Shown: positions 1-9,353, counted from the stretch's first letter. The stretch is 54,097 nucleotides of DNA from Chrysonvirus as5 (IMGVR_UViG_650627007_000001:171172-225268), one strand, 5' to 3'. A program made the numbers and translations. The notes: generated from the sequence alone by a model not told the origin.

Positions 1-2905
1 TGAATCCATAGCGAAGAACCATGTTAGCAGCAATACCGCCTGTTCCGTGGAAACATGGCACAATTTGCTCCAGTTTTCCTTCCGCTTCTTGTTGCTTCAA
101 GAACTCGTTATACTCTGGATAAGTCATATTAACAGTAAATGATTTATGAATCAACGGATAAGTGTTACCGTGTTTACCAGCGTAATAATTATCAACCAGA
201 TGCTTGCCAATCAAATATTTCTGTTCATCGGTGATGTTATCATCGACAACAGCAGGAGGAGGAACAACAACGTTTGTATCCGCAGCGGCTTCAACGCGAG
301 CGATATAATCACTGAACGTTTCGCCTTTCTTGGCGCGTATTTTTGCCGATTTAACCAGTTCATCTGGATCAATCTCGTTAAACTCAAACATCTTTTTAAC
401 GCGAGCCATATTTGGCGTATCAAACATGTTGATTGGACCGCCGTGAACTTGCTTGTAAATGAAGTTAATACCAGTCAAAGTAGTCCGAACTTTACCCTTG
501 TAATAGTCGTCCATGTTTTCATAGAAAGCATTGGCAACCGCTGGATTAGCTTTCATACCGTTAAACATGATATCAACCAATGTTTGCTGTGCTTTCGCTT
601 TATCATCACGACGACGAATGCCCATCAGATTTTCTTTGTTCATGAACTTAAAGCCGTGTGCAACTTCAAGACGCATAAACTCAGCCGCGGATTCATCGTC
701 AAAATCAATCTTGTTGACGAAATCATAAGCGAAATCACCAATATAACTGGATTCCATATCATTGCCCAACTTAGCATAAGACATCAGCAACAGCGGAACT
801 CTAACGTGTGGATCGCATTGTCCAGAACGACTAACAAATCGTCTCAGTCCGTCTTTAGTCTTGATGTTAGTCAGCAAATAAGAAATGCGATTCTTCAATT
901 CATTTCCGGTTGCGGATTCAAGATAAGCTGGCATAAGCTGCATTGCCTGATAAACTTCGGCAGGATTATCGATCTTCTGAATAATCATGTCTCGAACTTC
1001 ATTTGCAACTTCCGGGAACTTTTCCATTGAACGTTTCAGAGCTTCAATCGGCAAATTATCACCAACCAACTTAGCATAGCGAATCATTGCTTTAGCAAGG
1101 GTAGCAATCGCAATAGAAGGCAGAATACGCAATGGAGTATAAACCATCTGCGCCGGACTAGAATTCATAACTTGTTTAACTTCGTAAACGAATTCTTTAT
1201 CCTCAAGATAATTCTTCTTGGTCCAATATTCTTCGATGAAACTGAAATTGGCGTTGGTGATATAATCACGTGCCATATAACGGATCATATTCATATATTG
1301 ATGAACCGGCTTTGTTCCAGCTCCCCATGTCGGTAGACTAGGGATCGTCGGATAAATGCTCGCACATTCTTTATTGAAGATATTCACCATAGTAGTAATG
1401 GCTTTTGTTCCAATAAACACGTCCGATTCGGAGCCAAACAGAGGATTTAACTTCATATCCACACCTTGCTGAGACATCAGAGAAGTTGTGGCGGAAATAA
1501 AAGTAACTTCCAATCCGTCTACCATTGCAATTCGGCGCTCGTCTGGTGCGTTGTCCAGTCTAATCGCTAGTGTGATAACCATGTCAGTTGTCATGCCAAA
1601 AGACAACGCTTCCATTTTGCTACCAAGTGCCGATCCGAACAACTCATACATGATATCATCGGCACTAAAGCCAAACAACCAGGATTTGTTATCTACTTTG
1701 CTACCAGCGATAGCATATAGGACGGTATATAGTTCAATTGCGCCAGTAAACGGATTATTCTCTCCGTATACGCCATAACGCTTATACAGATTAATGAAAT
1801 CGGAACGATTCTTAATGAAGAATGTGTCCTCGTTCATCTTGTAATTGGTTACATCGAAACTGATATTGTCAATTGAACTTGAATGCAACTTAAATTGACG
1901 ACCGTATCCAGCTAGTTTTGTGATAACGTCGGTGAAGCGTTCGCGATATCGGATAAACATTTCTTCCTGTACTGGGTCTACCAATTCGAATTCGAATCCG
2001 GTTGGCCAGAAGTCGGAGCCGGAAGTGTATGTGTTCGGGTCAAGTGTATTCATTCCAGAAATACCGGATTTATTCTCCGCAATATGCTGACCAACGATAG
2101 ACAATACAGCATCAGCAAAACCACCTTCGTGATCATAAGTCAGATAACCGGGCTTGACAGGTTCAGCAACGGGCTCTGGCGCAACAGGAGCATCACCAAC
2201 AACGTCGATAACAGCGTTGGTATCATCACCAGTTGTAGTTTGTGGAATCGCGGTATCGTTATCCTGTGAGTCACCAGCACCAGTACCGGTAGTAACAGTG
2301 TCCATATTCTTGAATCGAATGCGGCGACTGACATCCCAATAATCTGTAGAGATCTCGGTATGTTTGTTGCGTTGACGGCGCATTTCCTTTGACGCATCAA
2401 TCATGGAAATTGCACTGTTTTTGAATTTTAGTAGAACGTCACGCAGTTTTGGATCTGCTTTCATGATTGCGCTGTTTTTGATGTTCGCAACCCAGGCACG
2501 GACAATATCGTCATCAACTGTATTAACCACGCCTGATTTACACAGAACAAGGAAACGGGTCATTTCGTTTACCTTGGCAGAGTTGATAAACATATCTTTA
2601 TCATGCATCAGCTTAACGATCAGTGAAATATTGTGATTTCGGTCATCGATGTTACTGATTCTCAACTGGGCATCAGTCTTGAAATAACGCTGGATGAATT
2701 TGATAGTGGTCTGATCGTTGATCTGTCTAGCAGCATTGAAGCTACCCAGGATACCAAGGAAGTTAAATGCAAATGCATTAATGATAGAAGTTTCATCATT
2801 AACGAATGTAACTTTGGTATCTTTGTCGTATAAAGTATTTTCAGTCAGAAAACGATTATACGCATGATCGTTTTGACTTTCGAATAATTGTTTAGTTGTT
2901 AACAT
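1..2905 (-). CDS. Large (>968 aa, runs off window) protein with PARP-like (H-Y-E class) ADP-ribosyltransferase domain; absent from ORF track
   Basis: Hand translation: ATG at 2905 after GAGGAACAAA RBS, no in-frame stop to base 2. N-term MLTTKQLFE; last residues PLIHKSFTVNMTYPEYNEFLKQQEAEGKLEQIVPCFHGTGGIAANMVLRYGF (HGT...GF motif, His ~953). Catalytic Tyr/Glu would lie outside the window. Confidence 0.75.
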   Translation of the reverse strand, partial: MLTTKQLFESQNDHAYNRFLTENTLYDKDTKVTFVNDETSIINAFAFNFLGILGSFNAARQINDQTTIKFIQRYFKTDAQLRISNIDDRNHNISLIVKLMHDKDMFINSAKVNEMTRFLVLCKSGVVNTVDDDIVRAWVANIKNSAIMKADPKLRDVLLKFKNSAISMIDASKEMRRQRNKHTEISTDYWDVSRRIRFKNMDTVTTGTGAGDSQDNDTAIPQTTTGDDTNAVIDVVGDAPVAPEPVAEPVKPGYLTYDHEGGFADAVLSIVGQHIAENKSGISGMNTLDPNTYTSGSDFWPTGFEFELVDPVQEEMFIRYRERFTDVITKLAGYGRQFKLHSSSIDNISFDVTNYKMNEDTFFIKNRSDFINLYKRYGVYGENNPFTGAIELYTVLYAIAGSKVDNKSWLFGFSADDIMYELFGSALGSKMEALSFGMTTDMVITLAIRLDNAPDERRIAMVDGLEVTFISATTSLMSQQGVDMKLNPLFGSESDVFIGTKAITTMVNIFNKECASIYPTIPSLPTWGAGTKPVHQYMNMIRYMARDYITNANFSFIEEYWTKKNYLEDKEFVYEVKQVMNSSPAQMVYTPLRILPSIAIATLAKAMIRYAKLVGDNLPIEALKRSMEKFPEVANEVRDMIIQKIDNPAEVYQAMQLMPAYLESATGNELKNRISYLLTNIKTKDGLRRFVSRSGQCDPHVRVPLLLMSYAKLGNDMESSYIGDFAYDFVNKIDFDDESAAEFMRLEVAHGFKFMNKENLMGIRRRDDKAKAQQTLVDIMFNGMKANPAVANAFYENMDDYYKGKVRTTLTGINFIYKQVHGGPINMFDTPNMARVKKMFEFNEIDPDELVKSAKIRAKKGETFSDYIARVEAAADTNVVVPPPAVVDDNITDEQKYLIGKHLVDNYYAGKHGNTYPLIHKSFTVNMTYPEYNEFLKQQEAEGKLEQIVPCFHGTGGIAANMVLRYGF

Positions 2906-2936
2906 TTTGTTCCTCATTAGTGAACTGATATACGAT

Positions 2937-2943
2937 TATTTAG
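2937..2943 (-). promoter_or_regulatory. T4-type late promoter CTAAATA for the PARP-like gene
   Basis: tatttag on +; same heptamer precedes gp26, gp4, gp48, gp9 and wac. Confidence 0.7.
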
Positions 2944-2970
2944 TGGAACACCGCGAGCGAAGCGAGCTAG

Positions 2971-3068
2971 AAAGACAAAATAAAATCTCTTATAATACTT
3001 TAATGAGAATCTACTTTGTCTTTTCGTTAGATATCAATGAGTTAGCGCCTACGGCGCTATCTTCGATT
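2971..3068. repeat. 98-bp dispersed repeat, copy 1 (copy 2 at 33201-33298)
   Basis: Ungapped match with identical 25-bp core atcaatgagttagcgcctacggcgc and shared aaaataaaatctcttata. Confidence 0.9.
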
Positions 3069-3948
3069 CGCTAGATTGTTCATTATTTATACCGAGTACC
3101 TGTTCCATGAACTTATCCGATATGCTATTGATCAGATCTGGTCGCTTGATGTTCTCATGAAGCCAAGGATCAAAATCGCCGCTATGGTGTAACACTGAAT
3201 AAGCACCAATCATTGAGCCATAGATACTCGCAACGGTATCGCTATCATAGCCGAGATTCGCTATGTAAAAGATCCCGTTCTGCTTCTTATCAAAGAGCAT
3301 AAACGTTCTCCAAGCGATGGTGAGCGAATCCTTGACATACCCCGTAGGCTTGCAGTCTGCATTATCAAAGAACAAGCCAAACTCATTCTGGAGCTGTTCC
3401 TTGCTCGCTCCGTCGATGATTCGATGCATGATACGAACATACAGCAGAGAATACTCCACGACGAACTCGATAGGATGCGTAATCTCGGTCAGTTCTCGCA
3501 CAACACTTTCGATCTCTTCTTTGCTTTTCCCATACGTCGCAAACGCAACAGGATAGAATCGCATAAGTGCACCATTACCGCAACCTTTGCTCGCGTCTGT
3601 GATTGGCTTGTCCCGCATTATAGCGTTGTATGTGCTAGTACCAATATCGAAGCATTCACCAGTTGACGAAAACGCACCACGATTGACCCAGCGACGGATA
3701 TCACGCTTAATTCCAGCGATGTCGAATTTGCCATCCTGATAATTGTTCATCGTGATTAGTGCGCAAGTCGTATCATCGGTAAAGTAACCGTAATCGTGAT
3801 CAAAGCTGTTTTTCTCTGCTTTCAGCGTCTCGATGTCAATTCGGCGAATCTTCTTGCCGGTATTGAACTCGTTGAAGCTACCAACACAATCACCTATGAT
3901 TGCTGCACTAGATGATTGAATCATCATAAGATTTAAGATAAAGTTCAT
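3049..3948 (-). CDS. ADP-ribosylglycohydrolase (ARH/DraG family)
   Basis: Motifs IIGDCVG, FTDDT, DIG, GNGALMR, THP, DSDTVASIYGSMIGA; start moved to ATG 3948 after GGAGA RBS. Confidence 0.9.
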   Translation of the reverse strand: MNFILNLMMIQSSSAAIIGDCVGSFNEFNTGKKIRRIDIETLKAEKNSFDHDYGYFTDDTTCALITMNNYQDGKFDIAGIKRDIRRWVNRGAFSSTGECFDIGTSTYNAIMRDKPITDASKGCGNGALMRFYPVAFATYGKSKEEIESVVRELTEITHPIEFVVEYSLLYVRIMHRIIDGASKEQLQNEFGLFFDNADCKPTGYVKDSLTIAWRTFMLFDKKQNGIFYIANLGYDSDTVASIYGSMIGAYSVLHHSGDFDPWLHENIKRPDLINSISDKFMEQVLGINNEQSSESKIAP

Positions 3949-3957
3949 ATTTCTCCA

Positions 3958-3985
3958 ATAAAAAAGCCACTCATTGAGTGGCTTT
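3958..3985 (-). terminator. Intrinsic terminator
   Basis: aagccactc-att-gagtggctt hairpin with T-run on minus strand. Confidence 0.8.
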
Positions 3986-4009
3986 AGTTTACTATATATC
4001 ACTTTTATG

Positions 4010-4624
4010 TCAAGCGATATGTTTCAGATTTTGTTCCATGTAGTTGTTCACATACACGATATCACCACAAACTTTCTGGAGTTGATAGTTGTTCTGTTCA
4101 GTTTTTACACTGTGGAACATAGTCTCAACGAACGGCTTTCCATCACGCGGGCTGTTGAAGCTGACCAGGATGAATTCACGCTTGGTTTCGTCAGGATCGC
4201 CGCTAGTGGCGACAACGTTACCAAATCGACCGCTGTTTTTGTGGATCTCGAAGATATCACCATCCAGCAGCGGACGACCACGAATGTAACCTTCTTCCAG
4301 CACAACGCGACGACGATAGGAATAGAAACCACCACGCTTGACCCAGCCCAGTTGACCAGCTTCGATGCTATCGTTTTTGATCTCGAAAGTAACTTTATTT
4401 ACAGTCGTGATCAGTACGCGACCATTTACGATTCGCATGGAAGCGCGAAGATCGCTGGTTTCCAGATTGTAAACGGGCTCAACTGCGGTACCGTTGCGCT
4501 CGATATTCAGCAGAACATAAGACTTATCGCCGATCGGCAGTGTATCACCAGGGCGCATGTCGACCAGACGTTGATATTCTTCGCTAACACGAGGCAGTTT
4601 GATTTGACTTACATTGTAGTACAT
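4010..4624 (-). CDS. Hypothetical protein (204 aa)
   Basis: ORF with AGGA RBS in co-oriented run. Confidence 0.8.
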   Translation of the reverse strand: MYYNVSQIKLPRVSEEYQRLVDMRPGDTLPIGDKSYVLLNIERNGTAVEPVYNLETSDLRASMRIVNGRVLITTVNKVTFEIKNDSIEAGQLGWVKRGGFYSYRRRVVLEEGYIRGRPLLDGDIFEIHKNSGRFGNVVATSGDPDETKREFILVSFNSPRDGKPFVETMFHSVKTEQNNYQLQKVCGDIVYVNNYMEQNLKHIA

Positions 4625-4633
4625 AATTTATCC

Positions 4634-4831
4634 TTACAGAGTGATTTGTTGAATACGGTCTTCGTATACTTTGATCTTGCTGCGGAACAAATCCATGTTT
4701 TCATCATGTTCCATGATTACTGCTTGTGCCAGTGCGCGTTGTGCGAAAGCGTGAGACTCGATCAAAACGTCTTTTTCGTCTTTGAATCCACGTTTAGCTC
4801 GCATTGCTTTCAGTTCGGCAGTAGTTTTCAT
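4634..4831 (-). CDS. Hypothetical protein (65 aa)
   Basis: GAGGA RBS, downstream of early promoter. Confidence 0.8.
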   Translation of the reverse strand: MKTTAELKAMRAKRGFKDEKDVLIESHAFAQRALAQAVIMEHDENMDLFRSKIKVYEDRIQQITL

Positions 4832-4859
4832 GATTTGTTCCTCAGTTCGTTTGATGAGG

Positions 4860-5168
4860 CTATACTAACAGGTCAGTTTTTGATGTCAACTCTTTTTTCG
4901 GAATTATTTTCACGAAAATTTTCATTGAAAGTTGGGACCCTTCATAACTGAACTCTTCTACCATACCGGACTCTTGTGTTTGCGTGAGTTCTGGACATAG
5001 CTTAGTGAATAGCCAATAAGTATCTCGCTTGAACTGCTTGAACCCTTCGGTTTCGCGAATTTTGGCAGACTTGTTCTTTCCGTAGAAGTCGTTCAACACC
5101 CGCAGAATGTAAGCGAATCGATTTACCAAAACTGGATGTTTTAGATAGTGCTTAGTTTCAAAATGCAT
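4860..5168 (-). CDS. Hypothetical protein (102 aa)
   Basis: GGAG RBS; ORF track. Confidence 0.7.
   Translation of the reverse strand: MHFETKHYLKHPVLVNRFAYILRVLNDFYGKNKSAKIRETEGFKQFKRDTYWLFTKLCPELTQTQESGMVEEFSYEGSQLSMKIFVKIIPKKELTSKTDLLV
4862..4889 (-). promoter_or_regulatory. Sigma70-like early promoter TTGACA-N16-TAGTAT
   Basis: Direct motif match upstream of 4831 start. Confidence 0.65.
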
Positions 5169-5178
5169 AGTTGCTCCA

Positions 5179-5198
5179 AAGAGGGCCGAAGCCCTCTT
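5179..5198. terminator. Hairpin terminator aagagggc-cgaa-gccctctt
   Basis: Perfect stem; TTCG loop on minus strand. Confidence 0.65.
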
Positions 5199-5199
5199 G

Positions 5200-5721
5200 T
5201 TATTCTTCCAGCCAGTCGAAGCTGTGCGCGTTCATTGCACCCTTGTCGTTCTTACGAACAAGAATGGTTTTGTTCTTGTCGTCTTTCAGAATCACGCTAT
5301 CATCGGTGATCAACAGAACTTCACAAACACCGTTTCGGTTATTCACTTGATCTCCGACTTGCAGAGGAGCACCAACACCGATACGATATGCGTTTTTCTC
5401 AACAAACAGACCGTTAGAGTTGTGCTTGGTAGTGAAACCGAGACGCTTGACATTGTTGGTGTGGATACTATAACGACCATCATCATAAATCATGGTAGCT
5501 TCAACGTCAGACATACCGCGCAGTTTCATGGTCAGTTTCACTTTACCGCAATTGCTTTCAGCGATATACAGCGGCGCGTAACCAGACCCACCAATCGGAG
5601 CATAACGACGGAAGTTTTTGAACGTCAGATCTTGATCCGGCAGTTCGTAAGGTTTATCGAAGTTGTTGATCTCGATTAGTTCAACCGGTATGTCCTTAAT
5701 ATTGCCTTCACGATAAAACAT
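5200..5721 (-). CDS. Hypothetical protein (173 aa)
   Basis: ORF track, operon-like overlap. Confidence 0.8.
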   Translation of the reverse strand: MFYREGNIKDIPVELIEINNFDKPYELPDQDLTFKNFRRYAPIGGSGYAPLYIAESNCGKVKLTMKLRGMSDVEATMIYDDGRYSIHTNNVKRLGFTTKHNSNGLFVEKNAYRIGVGAPLQVGDQVNNRNGVCEVLLITDDSVILKDDKNKTILVRKNDKGAMNAHSFDWLEE

Positions 5722-6112
5722 TTTTCAGATTCTCCAATTTGTAATAACCAGAATTTACACGTTCTTTATACTCGGCGCGTTGTTCGCGTGTGAGTCCTTT
5801 ATTCATAACGGTAACGAGTTTGTAAGGTTTCGGTTGATCTTGCATAATCAGATACTTATTCGGCTCGTTTTCCATTGGCGGGCGTCGTTCTGATTGATAC
5901 AGAAACGCTTTACCAAGAATCTCACAATCAGGATCTTTCATATCGTGACTGTAAAGATACTCAATGGGAGGCGAACACAGACAAGTAATGTCGTGATCTT
6001 TCGCCATCGCCTTTACTTTTTCATAGACTTCTTTCGTTACCTCTGCATAGTCGCGAGTTACTTCACCAACTTTACAAAGATAATCTACTGGTCGAAAATT
6101 TTCAACTATCAT
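5708..6112 (-). CDS. Hypothetical protein (134 aa)
   Basis: ORF track, operon-like overlap. Confidence 0.75.
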   Translation of the reverse strand: MIVENFRPVDYLCKVGEVTRDYAEVTKEVYEKVKAMAKDHDITCLCSPPIEYLYSHDMKDPDCEILGKAFLYQSERRPPMENEPNKYLIMQDQPKPYKLVTVMNKGLTREQRAEYKERVNSGYYKLENLKNVLS

Positions 6113-6119
6113 TTGCGCC

Positions 6120-6485
6120 TCAACTGTTTACCCAACAAGCAAAATTATCAGGGGTAAACTCCTCTGTTTTGTAGAACCATTTGATTGCCGCATCCTTACT
6201 GCGGAAACGCTTCAAATAGCTGATGTTGTCATTACCCTTTAAGTATAAAACAACATGATTCCCACTGTCAATCAGTTTTCTTTCTTTTTGTTCATCGTCA
6301 GAACGTGGAAAGTTGGATTGTTCATCCGATAAATGACAAGCGGCGAACTTTCGATCACCGCTCTTGATTCCCCAATATTCGTCTTTTCCTAATGGGACAA
6401 ATCCCAGAAATACATAGCCTTTTAACGGGGAACTCATGTAATTTATCAGATTCATCATAGGATCCGATAAACCTTTATGAATCAC
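6120..6485 (-). CDS. Hypothetical protein (121 aa)
   Basis: ATGA stop/start overlap. Confidence 0.8.
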   Translation of the reverse strand: MIHKGLSDPMMNLINYMSSPLKGYVFLGFVPLGKDEYWGIKSGDRKFAACHLSDEQSNFPRSDDEQKERKLIDSGNHVVLYLKGNDNISYLKRFRSKDAAIKWFYKTEEFTPDNFACWVNS

Positions 6486-7096
6486 TTTTCGTATCCGTAG
6501 AACTCAAATCCCAACAGCTTACCGACATAATCACCAGTCAAAGACTGATACAAATGGCGCGGGGTATCGTCAGTGAACTTGCTGGCGTTAGTAACGTCGA
6601 TTGACATCAGTCCTTCAAACGGCAGCGGAGATTGTTGAGTATTACCCAATGGAATATCTTTCCACACTTCATCGACGACTACGTTGATCGCTTCCTGGCC
6701 GTCTTTGCGCATAACATCGATGGTAAACGCAATATCCAGCGAATGGACGTGTTCCATCTTTTTCAGATAGGATTGTAGTGGCTCGACGCCTTTATCGAGG
6801 CAAGCGACTCCTACAACGTCCAGAACCATGACGTTAAACATTTCACGGCCGAGATAATTGTGAATCTCGGATTGGATATCAGTCAATCGGAAATTATCAC
6901 TCTCAACAACGGTAATATCACCACCATCGAGTGGAACATCACCGATTGTCTCCAAGATTTTGGCTACCAGAGTTTCTTGGGTTTCTTCGTTGTTGATGAA
7001 AAGAACGTTTTTGCCTTCTCTGGCTCGTTCTACCGCAATTTCGATAGCTTTGGTAGTCTTACCGGATGCGGCAGATCCTTTAATGCAATGAATCAC
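6482..7096 (-). CDS. P-loop NTPase, RecA/DnaB-like fold
   Basis: Walker A GSAASGKT followed by GKNVLFINNEE; Walker B-like VMVLD. Confidence 0.65.
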   Translation of the reverse strand: MIHCIKGSAASGKTTKAIEIAVERAREGKNVLFINNEETQETLVAKILETIGDVPLDGGDITVVESDNFRLTDIQSEIHNYLGREMFNVMVLDVVGVACLDKGVEPLQSYLKKMEHVHSLDIAFTIDVMRKDGQEAINVVVDEVWKDIPLGNTQQSPLPFEGLMSIDVTNASKFTDDTPRHLYQSLTGDYVGKLLGFEFYGYEK

Positions 7097-7353
7097 TTTC
7101 TTTCTCCTAAGATTTCTACATCGATTCTAAACGTTTGTTTACCGTTGTTGATTCGATTTGCTTCTTTCTGCATTGAGTTGGAAACGATAGCATGATTTTT
7201 GATCACACCAGCGTCAAGCTCCGAAACGTCATGTGCTTTTACAGGCATATTGATCGTCTCAACGTGTATGGGACATTGTAGTTGATCAAATCTGGATATG
7301 TCAACCTTTATGTCGTATGTTTTTGGTTTCTTTTGCCAAAATTTCCAGTTCAT
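7093..7353 (-). CDS. Hypothetical protein
   Basis: Likely start MNWKFWQ at 7353. Confidence 0.65.
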   Translation of the reverse strand: MNWKFWQKKPKTYDIKVDISRFDQLQCPIHVETINMPVKAHDVSELDAGVIKNHAIVSNSMQKEANRINNGKQTFRIDVEILGERK

Positions 7354-7366
7354 AGAAAAACGGGGA

Positions 7367-7645
7367 TTACTCCCCGCCCTCAAGAGCTTTAACACGCTTT
7401 TCAAGCTCGATGTATTTGGCATGAACAACATCAATCACGCGACGCTGAATCACAATCATGATGTAAGCTACCGTGAACAGGAACAGCGGGGTGATTACCC
7501 AGGTATTGGATTGTTTATAGTAGTCATATGCTACCGAGATTTCGGCAACACACCAACTACCGAGTACGATCATCAGCAACAGGAACCAAACGTTGTCCAT
7601 TTTGAAATTCCACTTGCCATCTACTTTCATTCGAGTATCAATCAT
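7367..7645 (-). CDS. Hypothetical membrane protein (two hydrophobic segments)
   Basis: Two hydrophobic stretches plus C-terminal coiled coil. Confidence 0.7.
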   Translation of the reverse strand: MIDTRMKVDGKWNFKMDNVWFLLLMIVLGSWCVAEISVAYDYYKQSNTWVITPLFLFTVAYIMIVIQRRVIDVVHAKYIELEKRVKALEGGE

Positions 7646-7654
7646 TTCATTTCC

Positions 7655-7846
7655 TTATTTCACTATCAATTCAAACGGGCATGATGTAAAAACAAAATAC
7701 CATGCTGCGATTGCGGCCGCTAATGGAATTAGCATTTCGCCGCCAACTTTACCGGTAAACCCGTGTTCGACATATGAGCCCATTACGACAACAAATGACA
7801 GATACAACGAGATCAGAACGGTAATAATCCATCCGAAAACTTCCAT
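7655..7846 (-). CDS. Small membrane protein (63 aa)
   Basis: Two hydrophobic stretches. Confidence 0.7.
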   Translation of the reverse strand: MEVFGWIITVLISLYLSFVVVMGSYVEHGFTGKVGGEMLIPLAAAIAAWYFVFTSCPFELIVK

Positions 7847-8073
7847 TACAGAGACAGATCCTTATGAATCTGACCGAGTGCGGCCATTTCGTTGTCGTCT
7901 TTACAGTCAAACGCTGCATCCTCGATCAGTCGCATGATAACATCGTGGTGTTTTACCAGATTCATCATAACACGGCGAGCATTTTTGAATTCAGCGTCGC
8001 TCATTGCTTTCGGTTTACCTTGAATGCGCAGACCGTTACGAGCGTTGTCCGGAAGTAGTTCATTCAGAAACAT
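7846..8073 (-). CDS. Hypothetical protein (75 aa)
   Basis: ORF track, coupled. Confidence 0.75.
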   Translation of the reverse strand: MFLNELLPDNARNGLRIQGKPKAMSDAEFKNARRVMMNLVKHHDVIMRLIEDAAFDCKDDNEMAALGQIHKDLSL

Positions 8074-8077
8074 TTTC

Positions 8078-8629
8078 TTAGTCCATTTTGAGTTTAATTT
8101 TCAGAACAGCGAGACGATCTTTTGTTTCTTGTTCCAGCTCTTTACAAACGCGATCATAATATGCATTGGCTGCCATGTCAACCACTTTTTGTATGTGTTT
8201 TGATTCTTCACCAGCTTCTACAGTTACAGCAGCAACGGTAACAACCAAACTATGAGAAATGGTAATATCGAGCGTTCGACGATTTTCAACTTTGGTAGTT
8301 TCGACTTTTACACCAGAGCTTGACGCGATTGCGCGAATATGAACATACGGATAAACTTTGGTATCAAGTTCCGCATAATCAACGAGGATTGTATTTTCAC
8401 TTTCAAGAACTTTCATGAATCGAAGCGGAACCCTACCCAGATAATTCCCATTGTGGATTCCACTCAGATCGTAATAACGAACATCACATAGATCGGAATC
8501 TTCATCTTTGCGATGGATTAGATAGATGTTTTTCGGTTCACCGACACCGCGCATAATGTCATCAACTCGGAACACATAACCTTTCTCGGTTAGCAGCTCA
8601 ACGAGATAGTTAGTCGCTTTTGTAATCAT
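8078..8629 (-). CDS. Hypothetical protein (183 aa)
   Basis: ORF track, coupled. Confidence 0.8.
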   Translation of the reverse strand: MITKATNYLVELLTEKGYVFRVDDIMRGVGEPKNIYLIHRKDEDSDLCDVRYYDLSGIHNGNYLGRVPLRFMKVLESENTILVDYAELDTKVYPYVHIRAIASSSGVKVETTKVENRRTLDITISHSLVVTVAAVTVEAGEESKHIQKVVDMAANAYYDRVCKELEQETKDRLAVLKIKLKMD

Positions 8630-9018
8630 CGTTTATTCTCCAGTTTTTCAATAAGTGCATTATACAGTGAGATCGCTTCGGCTTCAACAAAATCTGGTAG
8701 ATCTAGCATGTCGAAGCACAGACAACGACCGTAGTCCCAACCCAGATTGTAAGCGATGGACTGCCACTTTGCTTTACTGCCAAACGGACGCTTGTTTGTT
8801 TTCAGAAACTCAAGCATGTCAACGGGAACAAAGCTTTCATCGGTTTCACTGAAATCGGCATAGTAGCCTTTCAGGATCATCATGAGTCGATCAAGCTCGA
8901 AAGCTCGTGGCATACGACGATTCATGATTTGCGACCAGTAGGTTATCCGTTTAAGACCAACCGTTTTGGTGTATTCCGCATCCATTTGATTGACAAGCTT
9001 TTTCTTTCTTGCGTCCAT
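8626..9018 (-). CDS. Hypothetical protein (130 aa)
   Basis: ORF track, coupled. Confidence 0.8.
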   Translation of the reverse strand: MDARKKKLVNQMDAEYTKTVGLKRITYWSQIMNRRMPRAFELDRLMMILKGYYADFSETDESFVPVDMLEFLKTNKRPFGSKAKWQSIAYNLGWDYGRCLCFDMLDLPDFVEAEAISLYNALIEKLENKR

Positions 9019-9272
9019 TATTCACCCTTCATTTTGGTTTCGTACTCTTCGATTTGTTCCATAGTCAGCCACTCTGGCTTAGTATCAAAACTGTTCCACA
9101 GTGCTTTCATGCCTTCGATCTGTTCGGCTACGTTACCCGCCCATAGAGCGCGAGTGGAGCGATTGCCGAATCCAAGGAAGTATTCACAATCCGATTTCAT
9201 ACGACTCAGCAGCATGTATTTGAATTCCGCATCAGCCTCGCGAGTTTCGATTACTTCTTGAATATAGCACAT
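9018..9272 (-). CDS. LPD11-like (large polyvalent protein-associated domain 11) protein
   Basis: YMLLSRMKSDCEYFLGFGNR..LWAGNVAEQI..MK.LWNSF..KPEWLT matches the family pattern as recalled. Confidence 0.7.
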   Translation of the reverse strand: MCYIQEVIETREADAEFKYMLLSRMKSDCEYFLGFGNRSTRALWAGNVAEQIEGMKALWNSFDTKPEWLTMEQIEEYETKMKGE

Positions 9273-9300
9273 GATTAAGTCCTCTCGTTTCTATGTGACC

Positions 9301-9328
9301 ACTATAGCAGGCTGAAAATCGATGTCAA
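9301..9328 (-). promoter_or_regulatory. Early promoter TTGACA-N16-TATAGT
   Basis: Motif match; leader aaacgagagga shared with the 10761 promoter. Confidence 0.75.
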
Positions 9329-9329
9329 T

Positions 9330-9353
9330 AAAAAAGGCACCCGAAGGTGCCTT
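9330..9353 (-). terminator. Intrinsic terminator aggcaccttcgggtgcc-T6
   Basis: Hairpin plus T-run; same hairpin at 12549-12574. Confidence 0.85.

Noticed and set aside
146-1030. 294-aa plus-strand ORF (and other + ORFs within 1-2900)
   Set aside because: Antisense shadow in register with the real minus-strand PARP-like ORF; no RBS, atypical composition.
3974-4951. 325-aa plus-strand ORF
   Set aside because: Antisense to three RBS-bearing minus-strand genes.
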